Shown piece after piece: positions 18,127 through 28,695 of a DNA stretch of 64,000 nt (position 1 is its first letter; each line of letters starts with the position of its first letter). The notes below the pieces were generated by a model that ran no database searches, was not told where the DNA came from, and saw only the letters and a program-made list of their open reading frames with translations. Source of the DNA: a bacterium (GTDB lineage Bacteria; SAR324; NAC60-12); NCBI GenBank assembly GCA_965205865.1, contig CBDBHR010000030.1, positions 928,001 through 992,000 on the forward strand. Reading direction: 5' to 3'. The translations under genes and the position numbers were made by a program.

Positions 18127-19536
18127 ATGTCCCTCATTCATCCACCTGTAAAGCAAATATACTTCATAGGTATCTGTGGAACAGCCATGGCGCCTCTGGC
18201 AGTACTGCTCAAAAAACGCGGCTACCGGGTGAGGGGCTCTGATCAGAATATTTACCCTCCGATGAGCACTTTCCTGGAGCAGCATAACATCTCCATTCTC
18301 AACGGATTCCATGAAGACCATTTGCAAGATTCGCCGGATTTAGTGGTCATTGGCAATACGATGTTCCGTGGGAATCCGGAAGTGGAAAAGGTGTTGGATG
18401 CCGGGATGCTTTATTTTTCGATGCCAGAATTGCTGCGTGAATTTTTTATCCGGGGGAAGACATCCCTGGTGGTGACAGGAACCCACGGAAAGACAACCAC
18501 CACGTCGATGTTGGCTTGGATCTTTGAATGCGCGGGAAAAAATCCGGGGTTTCTCATTGGAGGGATTCCTGAAAATTTTGGCAGCAGTTGCCGGGAAAGT
18601 GGAGGAGAGTATTTTATTACCGAGGGCGACGAGTACGATACGGTTTTTTATGACAAACGCTCCAAATTCTTTCATTATCAGCCCCACCAACTTCTCATCA
18701 ACAATATTGAATTCGATCATGCGGATATCTTCGCGTCGCTGGAGGAAATTCTAAACGCGTTCCGGCTTTTACTACGGCTCGTTCCCCGCAACGGACTGAT
18801 TGTCGTCAATGGGGATGATGAGAATGCGATGGCGGTGATTGAATCCCGGCACTCACCCTGCATTTCCTTTGGTTTGGGTTGCCATTGTGACGCGCAAGCG
18901 CAAAATCTACATGTCACTCCCAAAGGCACTGCCTTTTCCTTGAAATGGCCGGGACGTTGTGAATATGATTTCCACGTTCCCCTATTTGGTGAATTCAATG
19001 TCCGAAATGCAACGGGCGCCCTGGTCTTGGCCCTCTACAATGGCATTGCATTGGAAGTGATTCAAAAGGCCTTCGATCGATTCTCCAACGTCAAGCGTCG
19101 TCAGGAATTGAGGGGTATTCGCCAGGGAGTGCACGTTTACGATGATTTCGCGCATCATCCCACGGCAGTGAGAGAAACTCTGCAGGCACTCCGGCAAAAG
19201 CACCCGCATCAGCGTCTGATTGCTGTTTTTGAACCCCGCAGCAATACCAGTGTTTTGAAAATCCATCAAACTCACTTGATTGCCTCCTTCGAGCAAGCGG
19301 ATGAAGTTTTGCTGGCCTATCCTCACCGAATGGAGCAAATTCCTTGCAGCGAACGTCTGGACGTGGAAATGATTGTTTCCAGCATCCAACAACAGGGTAA
19401 AAATGCGGCCGCATTTCATAAACCCTCTGAAATCATTCAACACTTGACGCAATACAGTCAGAACGGAGATGTCGTTTTGGTCATGAGTAATGGAAAATTT
19501 GGCAATATTCATCAATTACTATTAGAATCCCTGTGA
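18127..19536 (+). CDS. mpl: Murein peptide ligase Mpl
   Basis: IGICGTAM, GTHGKTTT, EGDEYD, EFDHADIF, DDFAHHPTA, FEPRSNT and MSNG motifs. Confidence 0.9.
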   Translation: MSLIHPPVKQIYFIGICGTAMAPLAVLLKKRGYRVRGSDQNIYPPMSTFLEQHNISILNGFHEDHLQDSPDLVVIGNTMFRGNPEVEKVLDAGMLYFSMPELLREFFIRGKTSLVVTGTHGKTTTTSMLAWIFECAGKNPGFLIGGIPENFGSSCRESGGEYFITEGDEYDTVFYDKRSKFFHYQPHQLLINNIEFDHADIFASLEEILNAFRLLLRLVPRNGLIVVNGDDENAMAVIESRHSPCISFGLGCHCDAQAQNLHVTPKGTAFSLKWPGRCEYDFHVPLFGEFNVRNATGALVLALYNGIALEVIQKAFDRFSNVKRRQELRGIRQGVHVYDDFAHHPTAVRETLQALRQKHPHQRLIAVFEPRSNTSVLKIHQTHLIASFEQADEVLLAYPHRMEQIPCSERLDVEMIVSSIQQQGKNAAAFHKPSEIIQHLTQYSQNGDVVLVMSNGKFGNIHQLLLESL

Positions 19537-20921
19537 CTACGCGGAGCCTCTCTAACCTGGAAGACCGGATGTCCCGAGAAAAAAAAAATGCATCCGCATT
19601 GGCGCGCGGGAAGCAAGAATTTTATTCGCCTGAAGAACTGGAAGCGCTTGAAAAGCGGGGGGTGTCACTCCCTTCCCCTTTCCATGTCTGCCTGGGCCGT
19701 GAGGTGCCATTGCAGCATGTTGGCAAAGGAACGGTGCTTTATCCTTTCAGCCGGATCACGGGCAGTCGAACCTGCATCCATCCCAAAGCTCAAATCGGAC
19801 CTCGAGGGGCGGTGGTGCTGGAAAACAGTACAGTGGGCACGGAGTCGGTGATCGGCAATCAGGGACCTGTCAGTTTAATTGACAGCCACACCGGTCCCCA
19901 AACCGTTTTGGGAAGCGGAACAGCCGAACAGACAGTTTTTTTGGGAAAAGAGACGCGAACCAATGATTTCACCACCGGTGTTGGTTTCCGAGCGCGCAAA
20001 GGAACACTCTATGAAGAAGACGCGTCTTCCGCGCAGCATACCGATACCAAAATGACTATTTTATCCCCTTGGGTCACCTTGGGAAGCAATCTCAATCTTT
20101 GCGATTTGATACTGACAGGCGGCATGGGTCCGGAAATAGGTAAATTTACGGAAGTAGGAAGCGGAACGGTTCACTTCAACTTTACTATCCGGGGGGACAA
20201 AGCGACGGCGTCTTTATTCGGCAATGTGCCGGCCGGCGTATTTTTACGGGAAAAACGTTTATTCGTTGGAGGCAACAATAGTCTGCTCGGGCCACTGCAA
20301 GCGGAGTTTGGCGCCTTGACCGCAGCGGGCGCGCGCATTGCAGGCGATTTAAAAAAAGGCTTGAATTTGGGACAAGCGCTGCCCGTGGGGGAGCGGGAAT
20401 ACGATCCCCGGGTATTCTTCAAAAGCAAGGAAATCGTGGAACGGCAGGTGCACTTCGTTGCGCAATTGGTCGCCTTGTTTCACTGGTATGAAGCAGTGCG
20501 TTTTCGTCTCGCGCAATCGGACCCGGAACGATTGACTCTCTATCAAGCGGCACAGCAAATCCTCGTTTTGAATATTCACGAGCGTATCACCCAAATTGGA
20601 TCTTTTATAGAAGCCCTGGAAACCTCCATTCATCTTCTCCGGCAACAACCCCTTCCCCTTCGCGAAACCATCAAAGAACAAAAAATCCTGCTGCAGCACT
20701 GGCCCCGATTGAAACGGCATTTACAAGGTTTTGAAGAACATTTCCGGGAAATTCCTTCCCTGCTGGCCAATGCCTTGCAGGAGAGCGCCTGCCGTCACGG
20801 TCCTCACTATACCCGGATCATCCGAAATTTGCCCCGAAACTGCAAAGATTCAGGAAAATCCTGGCTCGAATCCATCGTTCACCGCAGTGAGTATTTTTTC
20901 AAAAGTGAACTGAAGTTTTAG
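19533..20921 (+). CDS. Hypothetical protein with a left-handed beta-helix-like (GlmU C-terminal-like) region
   Basis: Hexapeptide-like repeats (GPRGAVVLENSTVG, EVGSGTVHFN, FVGGNNSLLGPL); overlaps the mpl stop. Confidence 0.55.
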   Translation: MTTRSLSNLEDRMSREKKNASALARGKQEFYSPEELEALEKRGVSLPSPFHVCLGREVPLQHVGKGTVLYPFSRITGSRTCIHPKAQIGPRGAVVLENSTVGTESVIGNQGPVSLIDSHTGPQTVLGSGTAEQTVFLGKETRTNDFTTGVGFRARKGTLYEEDASSAQHTDTKMTILSPWVTLGSNLNLCDLILTGGMGPEIGKFTEVGSGTVHFNFTIRGDKATASLFGNVPAGVFLREKRLFVGGNNSLLGPLQAEFGALTAAGARIAGDLKKGLNLGQALPVGEREYDPRVFFKSKEIVERQVHFVAQLVALFHWYEAVRFRLAQSDPERLTLYQAAQQILVLNIHERITQIGSFIEALETSIHLLRQQPLPLRETIKEQKILLQHWPRLKRHLQGFEEHFREIPSLLANALQESACRHGPHYTRIIRNLPRNCKDSGKSWLESIVHRSEYFFKSELKF

Positions 20922-21031
20922 ATTTAAAGAAATTTTCAAGCTATAATGTCGCAGTTGAAAGTCATGCTTGAAGATGAACAAGGTCTCAAAGTGGTCCAAA
21001 CAGAATTCCATCTCCGGGAGCCATTGCGGGT

Positions 21032-22324
21032 ATGACGCTCAAGGGTAAAACAATTGAGTTTGAGACCGAAAAACTGGTTTTTGGGGGGACTGCGCTTGGC
21101 CGTTACCAGAACAAAGTCGTTTTTGTTTACAATGCCTTGCCAGGAGAGCGGGTCAAAGCCTGGGTCAACCAGGACAAACGGGATTATGCTCATGCCATTG
21201 TCACCGACGTTCTTGTCGCCTCTCCTTTTCGCCAGAATCCGCCGGAAGCCCATTTTTTATCCTGCAGTCCCTGGCAGATCATGGACCTTGTCCGGGAGAA
21301 CTTCTGGAAGCAGGAAATTATCCTGGAAGTGTTTCGGTCGATTGCAGGACTGGAATGGGAAGACATTAAGTTAAACGCGGAGGAGCAGCGATTTCATTAT
21401 CGCAATAAAATGGAGTTCAGTTTCCAGGAGGAATCGGGAAAAGTCTCGCTTGCCTTTTTCAAACGGGGACAAAAGCGAAAAGAAGCAATTCCTCAATGCA
21501 TCCTCGCGCATTCCGCCATCAATGAAGTGGCGCTGGAGGTGGTGGAAACATCGAATCGTTTCCGGGTTCCGGCGTCTTCTCTGAAAACCATGATCCTGCG
21601 CGGCAATCAGGCCGGAGAGATCATTGCGGCTTTATTTTGCAAAGATCCGCAAATCTCCCTAATGCCGGAAATCTCTGCGGACAGCGCCCTGAAAGGCTTC
21701 AGTCTTCATTATTCCGATCCTCGAAGTCCTGCTTCGGTTTCCACGGAGCTCTTATCCGGGCAGGGGGCTACCTATTTAACAGAGCGCGTGTTGGGGAAAC
21801 CGATGAGATTTGGAGTGATGAGCTTCTTTCAAGTGAATGTGACTTTATTCGAAAAAGTGCTGGAATCCATAAAAACTTTTGTGTCGGGTGAAGATGTCTT
21901 GGACTATTATTGCGGGGTTGGCGCCATTGGGATTGCGCTTTGTGAGGTGTTGAAGAGCTGCGTCATGGTGGACAGCAGTGAAGACTCCATTTTGAATGCT
22001 CAGGCAAATATTCAACTCAACGAACTGGCGCATTTTTCTGCTTATTGTGGCAAAGCGGAAAAACTCCTCGAGCACATTGTTCCTCATAAGGTGATCATCA
22101 TCGATCCTCCACGGAGCGGGATGCACCCCAAAGTGCTCAGGGTTTTACGGGAAAATCCACCCAAGCGCATTGTTTACCTTTCCTGTAACATTTCCACCTG
22201 CGCCAGAGATCTGAAGCAATTGGACAGAGAGTACCACCTGGTTCATAAGGAAGCTTACAATTTCTTTCCGGCAACCCCTCATATCGAATTTCTCGCAGTT
22301 CTCGATCGTAAAAAACCAGCATGA
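21032..22324 (+). CDS. rlmD: RNA m5U methyltransferase (RlmD/TrmA family, TRAM domain)
   Basis: ALPGERV, YRNKMEF, SFFQVN, DPPRSG, YLSCN and FPATPHIE motifs. Confidence 0.85.
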   Translation: MTLKGKTIEFETEKLVFGGTALGRYQNKVVFVYNALPGERVKAWVNQDKRDYAHAIVTDVLVASPFRQNPPEAHFLSCSPWQIMDLVRENFWKQEIILEVFRSIAGLEWEDIKLNAEEQRFHYRNKMEFSFQEESGKVSLAFFKRGQKRKEAIPQCILAHSAINEVALEVVETSNRFRVPASSLKTMILRGNQAGEIIAALFCKDPQISLMPEISADSALKGFSLHYSDPRSPASVSTELLSGQGATYLTERVLGKPMRFGVMSFFQVNVTLFEKVLESIKTFVSGEDVLDYYCGVGAIGIALCEVLKSCVMVDSSEDSILNAQANIQLNELAHFSAYCGKAEKLLEHIVPHKVIIIDPPRSGMHPKVLRVLRENPPKRIVYLSCNISTCARDLKQLDREYHLVHKEAYNFFPATPHIEFLAVLDRKKPA

Positions 22325-22342
22325 GGACTATTGATGGAGGGA

Positions 22343-25054
22343 TCAAGACTTGAGGCGTTTGATCAAATCATGAAGATAAGTCTGCGATTGCAGGGGAGTC
22401 ATGTTGTTGAGTTCAAGCTCTTGTAATTCCCGAAGAAAGGGTGACTCATCGACAAACAGGTTCAGTTGCTCCGGGACTGGAGTCTGGTAGACCGGGGCGG
22501 GTTCTTTGACCTGCTTTTTGGGAGCAAGTGGGGAGGGTTGCTTTGCGCGACTGATGGGTTGGGGGAGGTGCGCTTCCAGGGAGGCCGATTCGAGTTTTGC
22601 CATCACCTCTATTGCCCGTTCGATAACAGAAGCCGGTAAGCCGGCCAACTTAGCCACCTGCACGCCATAGCTTTTATCCGCTTCACCCGGAACCACTTTG
22701 CGCATAAAAATAATCTGATCAGCTTCTTCTTTGATCAAGATATTGAAATTTTTCACCTTTTTCAATTGTTGCGCAATCGCGGTCATTTCGTGATAGTGGG
22801 TGGCGCAAAGGGTCAACGCTCCCTGGTTGTGCAGGTATTCCACAATCGACCAGGCGAGGCTGATGCCATCAAAGGTACTGGTTCCCCGGCCAATTTCATC
22901 GAGTATGATCAAACTGCGATCTGTCGCGTTGTTCAAAATAGCGGCGGCTTCGTTCATCTCGACCATGAAGGTGCTTTCTCCTTGACTGAGCTTGTCTGTG
23001 GCGCCGACTCGGGTAAAAACGCGGTCAACAATGGAAAATTCTGCGCAATCCGCAGGAATATAACTACCACATTGAGCCATCAGTACGATGAGGGCCACCT
23101 GGCGCATCAGGGTGGATTTGCCCGCCATGTTGGGACCGGTGATCAACATGATTTGCTGGTTGCTTTCATTCAGTTCCACGTCATTGGGAATGAAAGGTTC
23201 CTCAAAATCAATTTGTTCGATCACCGGGTGGCGACTCCCTTGTAAGCGCAATTGCCGCGCGGCATGCAATGAATGGAGTTGTGGACGAACATAATTATTG
23301 TTCTCTGCCACATAAGTCAAACTGGCCAACGCATCGAGCGTTGCAATATCGAGCGACGTTTTTTGAATGCGGGCCATGCGAGTCACCAGGATTTGTTTCA
23401 ATTGCCGGAACAACTCATACTCCAATTCACAAATTCGTTCTTCCGCGCCAAGAATTTTTTCTTCCAGTTCTTTCAATTCGGGAGTGACGTAACGCTCCGC
23501 ATTGACCAGCGTTTGTTTGCGAATGTATCGTTCAGGGACGTCTCCTCGACGCGTATTGCTCACTTCCAGATAATATCCGAACACTTTGTTGTATCCGATT
23601 TTCAGGGAAGAGAGACCTGTTAGTTCACGCTCTTTCTCCACCAACGCATTGAGGATTTGCCTGGTATTGCGGGAAAGGGCGCGGAGTCCATCCAACTCCT
23701 CCGAGAGACCATCCGCCATGAAATTGCCTTCCCGAAGTTTGCTGGCCGGTTCTGGCAATAATTGTGTCTCGAGCAGTTGCAACACGTCTTGCAAAGGATC
23801 GAACTGTTGTTGAATCTCTTGAAGTAATGGAGATTGGAGGTATTGGAGGAAGTCGGGCAATTCAGTGACGGGAAACAAAGATTCTCTCAGTCCCACCAAA
23901 TCGTTGATGCCGGCAACAGGCAGGCTGATACGTCCGGCAATTCGTGGCAGGTCTTGGATCCGCTTCAATTGGGTACGCAGTTCTACGCAGAGAATAAACT
24001 GGTTGCGCAATTCTTCAATGCTCTCAAAACGCCTCTCGATTTGCTCCTTGTCCAACAAAGGTTGACGCAGCCACTGCCTCAAAAGTCGGGCCCCCATGGC
24101 GGTGCAGGTCTGGTTGAGCACTCCAAACAGGGTATGCCGGTCATTCCCGCCGTGGCTTTCGTATATTTCCAAATTGGATATGGTGGTCTCGTCCAGCAGC
24201 ATGAAATTTTCAAAGGAGTGCTGCTTGATGTGGGTTATATGGTGAAGGTCACTTTTTTGAGTTTCAGCGAGATAGCGTAAAAGCGCTCCTGCTGCTGCAA
24301 TTCCGGAAACTCGAGAAGCGATACCGAAGCCTGACAGGTTGAGAGTCTTGAAATGCGATTTGAGCAATTTTTCTGCAGCATCCTGGTCGAAATAATAAGG
24401 ATCCAGAAAACTCATAGCGGGCGGAGGTTGCGACGCTTTTTGAAGCAACCTTTCCATTTGTCGGGTGAAATCTTCTAAAAATTCGCTTTCTGCGGGAGAA
24501 CGGCTTTGGGAAAATAAGATTTCCTGAGGCGCCACTTGAAAGAGAAAATCGTAAATACGGGTCATTTCGCTGAGAGAGAACTCCAGTAATTCAAATTCTC
24601 CGGTGGATACGTCCACTAAGGCCAATCCCATACAATGACGCTGTATCACGAGACAGACGGCTACCAGGTAATGGTTGCGGTCCGCATGGATCAACTGGGG
24701 AGAAACCGTCGTACCGGGCGTGACAATGCGGACAATATCCCGTTTGACGAGTCCTTTTGCCTGAGCCGGATCTTGCATTTGTTCACAGATGGCAACCTTG
24801 AACCCGGCTGCCGTCAGTTTATTCAAATACTGTTCATAAGCGTGAAAAGGAACCCCGCACATCGGTATGGCGTTTTTCCTGTTTTTATCCCGCGAAGTCA
24901 ATGCTATCTGAAGGACTTTGGCGGCACGCACGGCATCTTCACCAAACATTTCGTAAAAATCCCCCATGCGGAAAAATAAAATTTTGTCGGGATGTTCATT
25001 TTTCAGAGCATTGAATTGCCGCATCATCGGCGTTTCTGCTTCAGGAATCCTCAT
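22343..25054 (-). CDS. mutS: DNA mismatch repair protein MutS
   Basis: FFRMGDFYEMF, TGPNMAGKST, STFMVEM, DEIGRGT and SYG motifs. Confidence 0.97.
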   Translation of the reverse strand: MRIPEAETPMMRQFNALKNEHPDKILFFRMGDFYEMFGEDAVRAAKVLQIALTSRDKNRKNAIPMCGVPFHAYEQYLNKLTAAGFKVAICEQMQDPAQAKGLVKRDIVRIVTPGTTVSPQLIHADRNHYLVAVCLVIQRHCMGLALVDVSTGEFELLEFSLSEMTRIYDFLFQVAPQEILFSQSRSPAESEFLEDFTRQMERLLQKASQPPPAMSFLDPYYFDQDAAEKLLKSHFKTLNLSGFGIASRVSGIAAAGALLRYLAETQKSDLHHITHIKQHSFENFMLLDETTISNLEIYESHGGNDRHTLFGVLNQTCTAMGARLLRQWLRQPLLDKEQIERRFESIEELRNQFILCVELRTQLKRIQDLPRIAGRISLPVAGINDLVGLRESLFPVTELPDFLQYLQSPLLQEIQQQFDPLQDVLQLLETQLLPEPASKLREGNFMADGLSEELDGLRALSRNTRQILNALVEKERELTGLSSLKIGYNKVFGYYLEVSNTRRGDVPERYIRKQTLVNAERYVTPELKELEEKILGAEERICELEYELFRQLKQILVTRMARIQKTSLDIATLDALASLTYVAENNNYVRPQLHSLHAARQLRLQGSRHPVIEQIDFEEPFIPNDVELNESNQQIMLITGPNMAGKSTLMRQVALIVLMAQCGSYIPADCAEFSIVDRVFTRVGATDKLSQGESTFMVEMNEAAAILNNATDRSLIILDEIGRGTSTFDGISLAWSIVEYLHNQGALTLCATHYHEMTAIAQQLKKVKNFNILIKEEADQIIFMRKVVPGEADKSYGVQVAKLAGLPASVIERAIEVMAKLESASLEAHLPQPISRAKQPSPLAPKKQVKEPAPVYQTPVPEQLNLFVDESPFLRELQELELNNMTPLQSQTYLHDLIKRLKS

Positions 25055-25261
25055 TGTTTCCTGTTTCCATGGTCATTTGAAGTTCTTGGCTCGTTTCCCA
25101 CTCAATGGATGCGCGGGCATTAGCAATCTCAGGTTTATAGAACCTCTCCTTGTTTGTCAAATTGGATTATGTTGAATAAATCCCTTGCTTTGTATAAGCT
25201 CGATTTTTAATCCCAATGGCATTTTGTTCCGTCCCTTTCCACTCGAGAGTATTTCCGGGGA

Positions 25262-25807
25262 GTGATTATGCTTTCTTTCAAAGCATTGCATATTATTGCA
25301 GTCGTGGTTTGGTTCAGTGGTCTGTTTTATATCGGGCGCTTGTTTGTTTACCATCAGGAAGCCAACCAGCGTGCCGAAGCGGAACGCCGGGTTTTGAAAC
25401 CACAATTTGCCCTGATGGAAAAGCGGCTCTGGTATGCAATCACCTGGCCCGGAATGATAGGCACCGTCATCACGGGGTTAATGCTTCTTTATTATTGGGG
25501 AATCCCGGGATGGATCCATGCCAAACTAATCCTGGTTGCCATCTTACTCGGCTATCATGGAGCCTGTGGCAGCGTGAGACGGCAGCTTTTGAGCGATCGC
25601 TGTTCCTGGAGTAGCCGAAAATTGAGGATGTTCAATGAAATCCCTTCATTGCTCTTGGTGACAATTGTGTTTGCGGTGGTATTGAAGGAGCAACTATCGT
25701 GGCCGATTTTATTGTTGGGAATTGCCGGATTGGCAATGGTCATTATGGGTGCGGCGCAATTGTATGCCAAAGTGAGAAAACGCCGGATTGACACCACGTC
25801 ATCGTAA
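25262..25807 (+). CDS. hemJ: Protoporphyrinogen oxidase HemJ
   Basis: KALHIIAVVVWFSGLFYIGRLFVYH, W.HAKL and RMFNEIP motifs. Confidence 0.9.
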   Translation: MIMLSFKALHIIAVVVWFSGLFYIGRLFVYHQEANQRAEAERRVLKPQFALMEKRLWYAITWPGMIGTVITGLMLLYYWGIPGWIHAKLILVAILLGYHGACGSVRRQLLSDRCSWSSRKLRMFNEIPSLLLVTIVFAVVLKEQLSWPILLLGIAGLAMVIMGAAQLYAKVRKRRIDTTSS

Positions 25808-26025
25808 CTTCAAGTCCTTATCTGCTGAATGCCCAAGCTCCCTATTGGAAAATAATAGATGGAGAGTGCTCACTCCCACACAACGGCTTTGTAGTGAGCG
25901 GCATCCGGCAGCTTTTGATTGAAATCCGGGCTTTAAATTGAGCGAAAATGTATTGAGATGTCAACCCATATAAGGCCCCTAAAGGGTCTTGATATGAATT
26001 GAAACGGCTGAGCCACTGAAATTAT

Positions 26026-26102
<77 letters not shown>

Positions 26103-26116
26103 ATGTTGAGGGATTT

Positions 26117-26193
26117 TGGAGCGGGAGACGAGCTTCGAACTCGCGACCCTCAGCTTGGAAGGCTGACGCTCTGGCCAACTGAGCTACTCCCGC
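26117..26193 (-). tRNA. tRNA-Gly (TCC)
   Basis: GCGGGAG acceptor stem, loop CTTCCAA, TTCGAA T-loop and encoded CCA. Confidence 0.95.
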
Positions 26194-26206
26194 TCTGCAA
26201 AAAAAA

Positions 26207-26235
26207 AGATTAGATAGTTTTTATAAAGATGTCAA
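26207..26235 (-). promoter_or_regulatory. Sigma70 promoter of the tRNA pair
   Basis: TTGACA-17 nt-TAATCT just upstream of tRNA-Gly. Confidence 0.7.
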
Positions 26236-26277
26236 GATTTTTTTGTGATTATCCGCAAAAGTCCGTGCCCTCTGAAA

Positions 26278-26303
26278 AGGGCAAGCGCAAGGGTTGCCCC
26301 TAC
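26278..26303 (-). repeat. GTAG-type REP-like palindrome
   Basis: GTAGGGGCAACCCTTGCGCTTGCCCT on the minus strand. Confidence 0.5.
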
Positions 26304-26420
26304 CATGGAAAAACAATGCGCCCCTATCCCCACGAAAATCCGAAGTTCAGATACACCCTCTCCAAGGAATTCGTGGTCCCCAAAATTACCATCTGAGGAC
26401 TAGTTGGTAGAGTCTGGCTC

Positions 26421-27341
26421 TCAGAAGCGGACGATCGCTCTGTTTTGATAACGGAGATCAATAGAGCTCAGCGGTTTTCCGGATTGTTGGAGTTGGGAAT
26501 ATATTTTTTCAAAAGTCCTTATTTTTTCCAGATAATTCTTATGGCCCAATTGAACGAGCAGGGGAGGATCTCGTAGTTTTAGTTTCAAATTGAGTGGGTC
26601 GGCGACATCCAGTTCGGCAAATTGATCCCAGGGAAGTGCTGATTCCCGCATCAAATTGAGCAGTTCCCTTCCTTGTTCGAGACCGGCAGAGACGATTGGT
26701 TGTCCCGGATGGATCGCATCTTTTTTGATTCCGGTGAGGGCGAAAGACGGTTGAGGCAGGGAGGTGGATACAGTTTGTATGGGATGCAATTGTTCGTCGA
26801 TGAGATAGTAGGCGTCCTCAGCTTTTAAATAGGCATAAGGGCGGCGTTCTTTTATAAAAATGAAAATGGTATCAGGGAACAATTTGCGAACCAGAGCCTG
26901 TTTTATCAAGGGGTGTTGATTGAGTTGGCTGAGCATTTGATAAGCATCGATTTGATGGAATTCGAGGTGGGAGTCGATGCCTGCGATTTGATAAACATTG
27001 GCAGGCGTGAGGGTTGTGTGGCCTTGCAAATGGATTTGAATTGATGACTGCCGCAAAAATGGCGGGTACAGCCAGATTATTCCACTCAGCATCCAAAGCA
27101 AGAAAACAAAAGTGGCAAATCCAATGATTTTTTTGTGCCAGGATCGTATCAGGTTAATTGGCAGGGTATACAAGTGTCCCGGAATGATGATTTTTTGCAA
27201 AAGCAGGGGCCGCGTCCTGTAGTGTCGGGACTTTTCTTTGGGAGTGATTCCCAGCTTCTTTCCGTAGCGGATATTATATTTCAGGTGACGAGGTCGAATT
27301 GTGGCGCGGCGTTTCCTGACGTGGTCCTTGAGATCTTCCAT
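26421..27341 (-). CDS. ftsQ: Cell division protein FtsQ/DivIB
   Basis: Single TM segment, POTRA-like HPLIKQALVRKLFPDT..IKER, C-terminal IDLRY. Confidence 0.8.
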   Translation of the reverse strand: MEDLKDHVRKRRATIRPRHLKYNIRYGKKLGITPKEKSRHYRTRPLLLQKIIIPGHLYTLPINLIRSWHKKIIGFATFVFLLWMLSGIIWLYPPFLRQSSIQIHLQGHTTLTPANVYQIAGIDSHLEFHQIDAYQMLSQLNQHPLIKQALVRKLFPDTIFIFIKERRPYAYLKAEDAYYLIDEQLHPIQTVSTSLPQPSFALTGIKKDAIHPGQPIVSAGLEQGRELLNLMRESALPWDQFAELDVADPLNLKLKLRDPPLLVQLGHKNYLEKIRTFEKIYSQLQQSGKPLSSIDLRYQNRAIVRF

Positions 27342-27347
27342 AAATCT

Positions 27348-28298
27348 CTACCGGCTTCGGGTGACGATTTGCACTTCCGGCTCCAGTTCGATCTGGTATG
27401 CCTTCCAGACCTTTTCCCGGGCTAAACGCATCAAGGCTAATACGTCCTTTGTTTTGGCATTGCCGAGATTGACGATGAAATTGCTATGCAGTTCGCTGAT
27501 TTGCGCATCCCCCCTGCAATGTCCCTTCAGTCCTACGGATTCAATCAATTCGGCAGCATAGGCTTCCGTAGGGTTCTTAAAAACAGAACCACAGTTAGGA
27601 ATCCGTCTCGGTTGTTTTTCTTCACGAAAAGTTTGATACTCCTCGATTCTTCGACTGACCGTTTCAGAATCAGAAGCATCCATTTGAAAGAGAGCAGAAG
27701 TAATAACGGCGCCCAATTTCCCATTCAAGGGAGAATATCGATAGTCAAAATCAATCAAAGCCCCTTCTGTTTGATGCGAACGGCCTTCCATGTCGATCCA
27801 CCAGACTTTTTTCAGGTGATCGCGAATTTCTTTGCCATGGGCCCCTGCGTTCATGGCAATTGCGCCTCCGATACATCCGGGGACTCCAATCAAAAATTCG
27901 AGACCACTCCATCCCGGAGCAATGCAGCGTTGAGCCAATGTCACATCAGCCAGGGCGGCACCCGCATAAATTTCCCGTTGCTGCGGAAACGTCTCCCAAT
28001 GTTTGAAAGAGGCGGACAGGCGCAGAACAATCCCAGGCCATCTTTCATCCGGAAGGATCAAATTAGAACCTTTGCCCAGGATAAACCAAGGAATCTCATT
28101 CTGCTGCGCAAAAGGCAACAGTCGAGACAAATCCTGCTGATTCGCCACGTCAATGAAACAGGCCGCGTCTCCCCCCACTCGCAAAGTATTGAAGCGTTTT
28201 AAAGAGTGAGACCAGTGTAATTTGGACTGCAAGGGCAAATCGAGCAGTTTTGATTTCCATCTTTCCGCCACCTTCTGCTGAATTCTTTCTTCATGCAT
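27348..28298 (-). CDS. murB: UDP-N-acetylmuramate dehydrogenase
   Basis: LGKGSN, GLEFLIGVPG, MNAGAHG, CGSVFKNP, HSNFIVN and LEPEV motifs. Confidence 0.95.
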   Translation of the reverse strand: MHEERIQQKVAERWKSKLLDLPLQSKLHWSHSLKRFNTLRVGGDAACFIDVANQQDLSRLLPFAQQNEIPWFILGKGSNLILPDERWPGIVLRLSASFKHWETFPQQREIYAGAALADVTLAQRCIAPGWSGLEFLIGVPGCIGGAIAMNAGAHGKEIRDHLKKVWWIDMEGRSHQTEGALIDFDYRYSPLNGKLGAVITSALFQMDASDSETVSRRIEEYQTFREEKQPRRIPNCGSVFKNPTEAYAAELIESVGLKGHCRGDAQISELHSNFIVNLGNAKTKDVLALMRLAREKVWKAYQIELEPEVQIVTRSR

Positions 28299-28313
28299 AC
28301 GCGCCCCATGGGT

Positions 28314-28652
28314 TCAAAAGGTCTCGAGAGGAACGTTTTTGAGCAATTCTTCCAAATTGTAGTAGGCTCGAGTTGCCGGGTGAAAAATATGGACAACGAC
28401 GTCCTCATAGTCCATTAAAATCCAGCTCCCTTCCGCGTATCCTTCAATACAGAGTGGCTTGATGCTGATTTTGCTCAATTCTTCTTTAATACGATCGGCG
28501 ATCCCTTTGACATGTCCCTGAGAGCGTCCCTGACAAATGAGAACATAATCCGTGATGGAAGATTGTCCTTTGACGTTCAACAAAACGATTTTTTCCGCTT
28601 TGACCCCTTGAGCAGCCTTCACGAGTGCTTTTGCTCGTTCTTCTCCGGTCAA
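28314..28652 (-). CDS. rsfS: Ribosome silencing factor RsfS
   Basis: WILMDYEDVVVHIF and RAYYNLE motifs. Confidence 0.9.
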   Translation of the reverse strand: MTGEERAKALVKAAQGVKAEKIVLLNVKGQSSITDYVLICQGRSQGHVKGIADRIKEELSKISIKPLCIEGYAEGSWILMDYEDVVVHIFHPATRAYYNLEELLKNVPLETF

Positions 28653-28695
28653 TCATGCCTCCAATGAGTGTTTTCTTGAAAACTAGTATAATTTT

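Noticed and set aside
25840..26020. Possible ncRNA (6S or SRP) downstream of the tRNAs
   Set aside because: No SRP GGAA-loop motif or long 6S-like duplex could be recognised by eye; an Rfam scan is needed.
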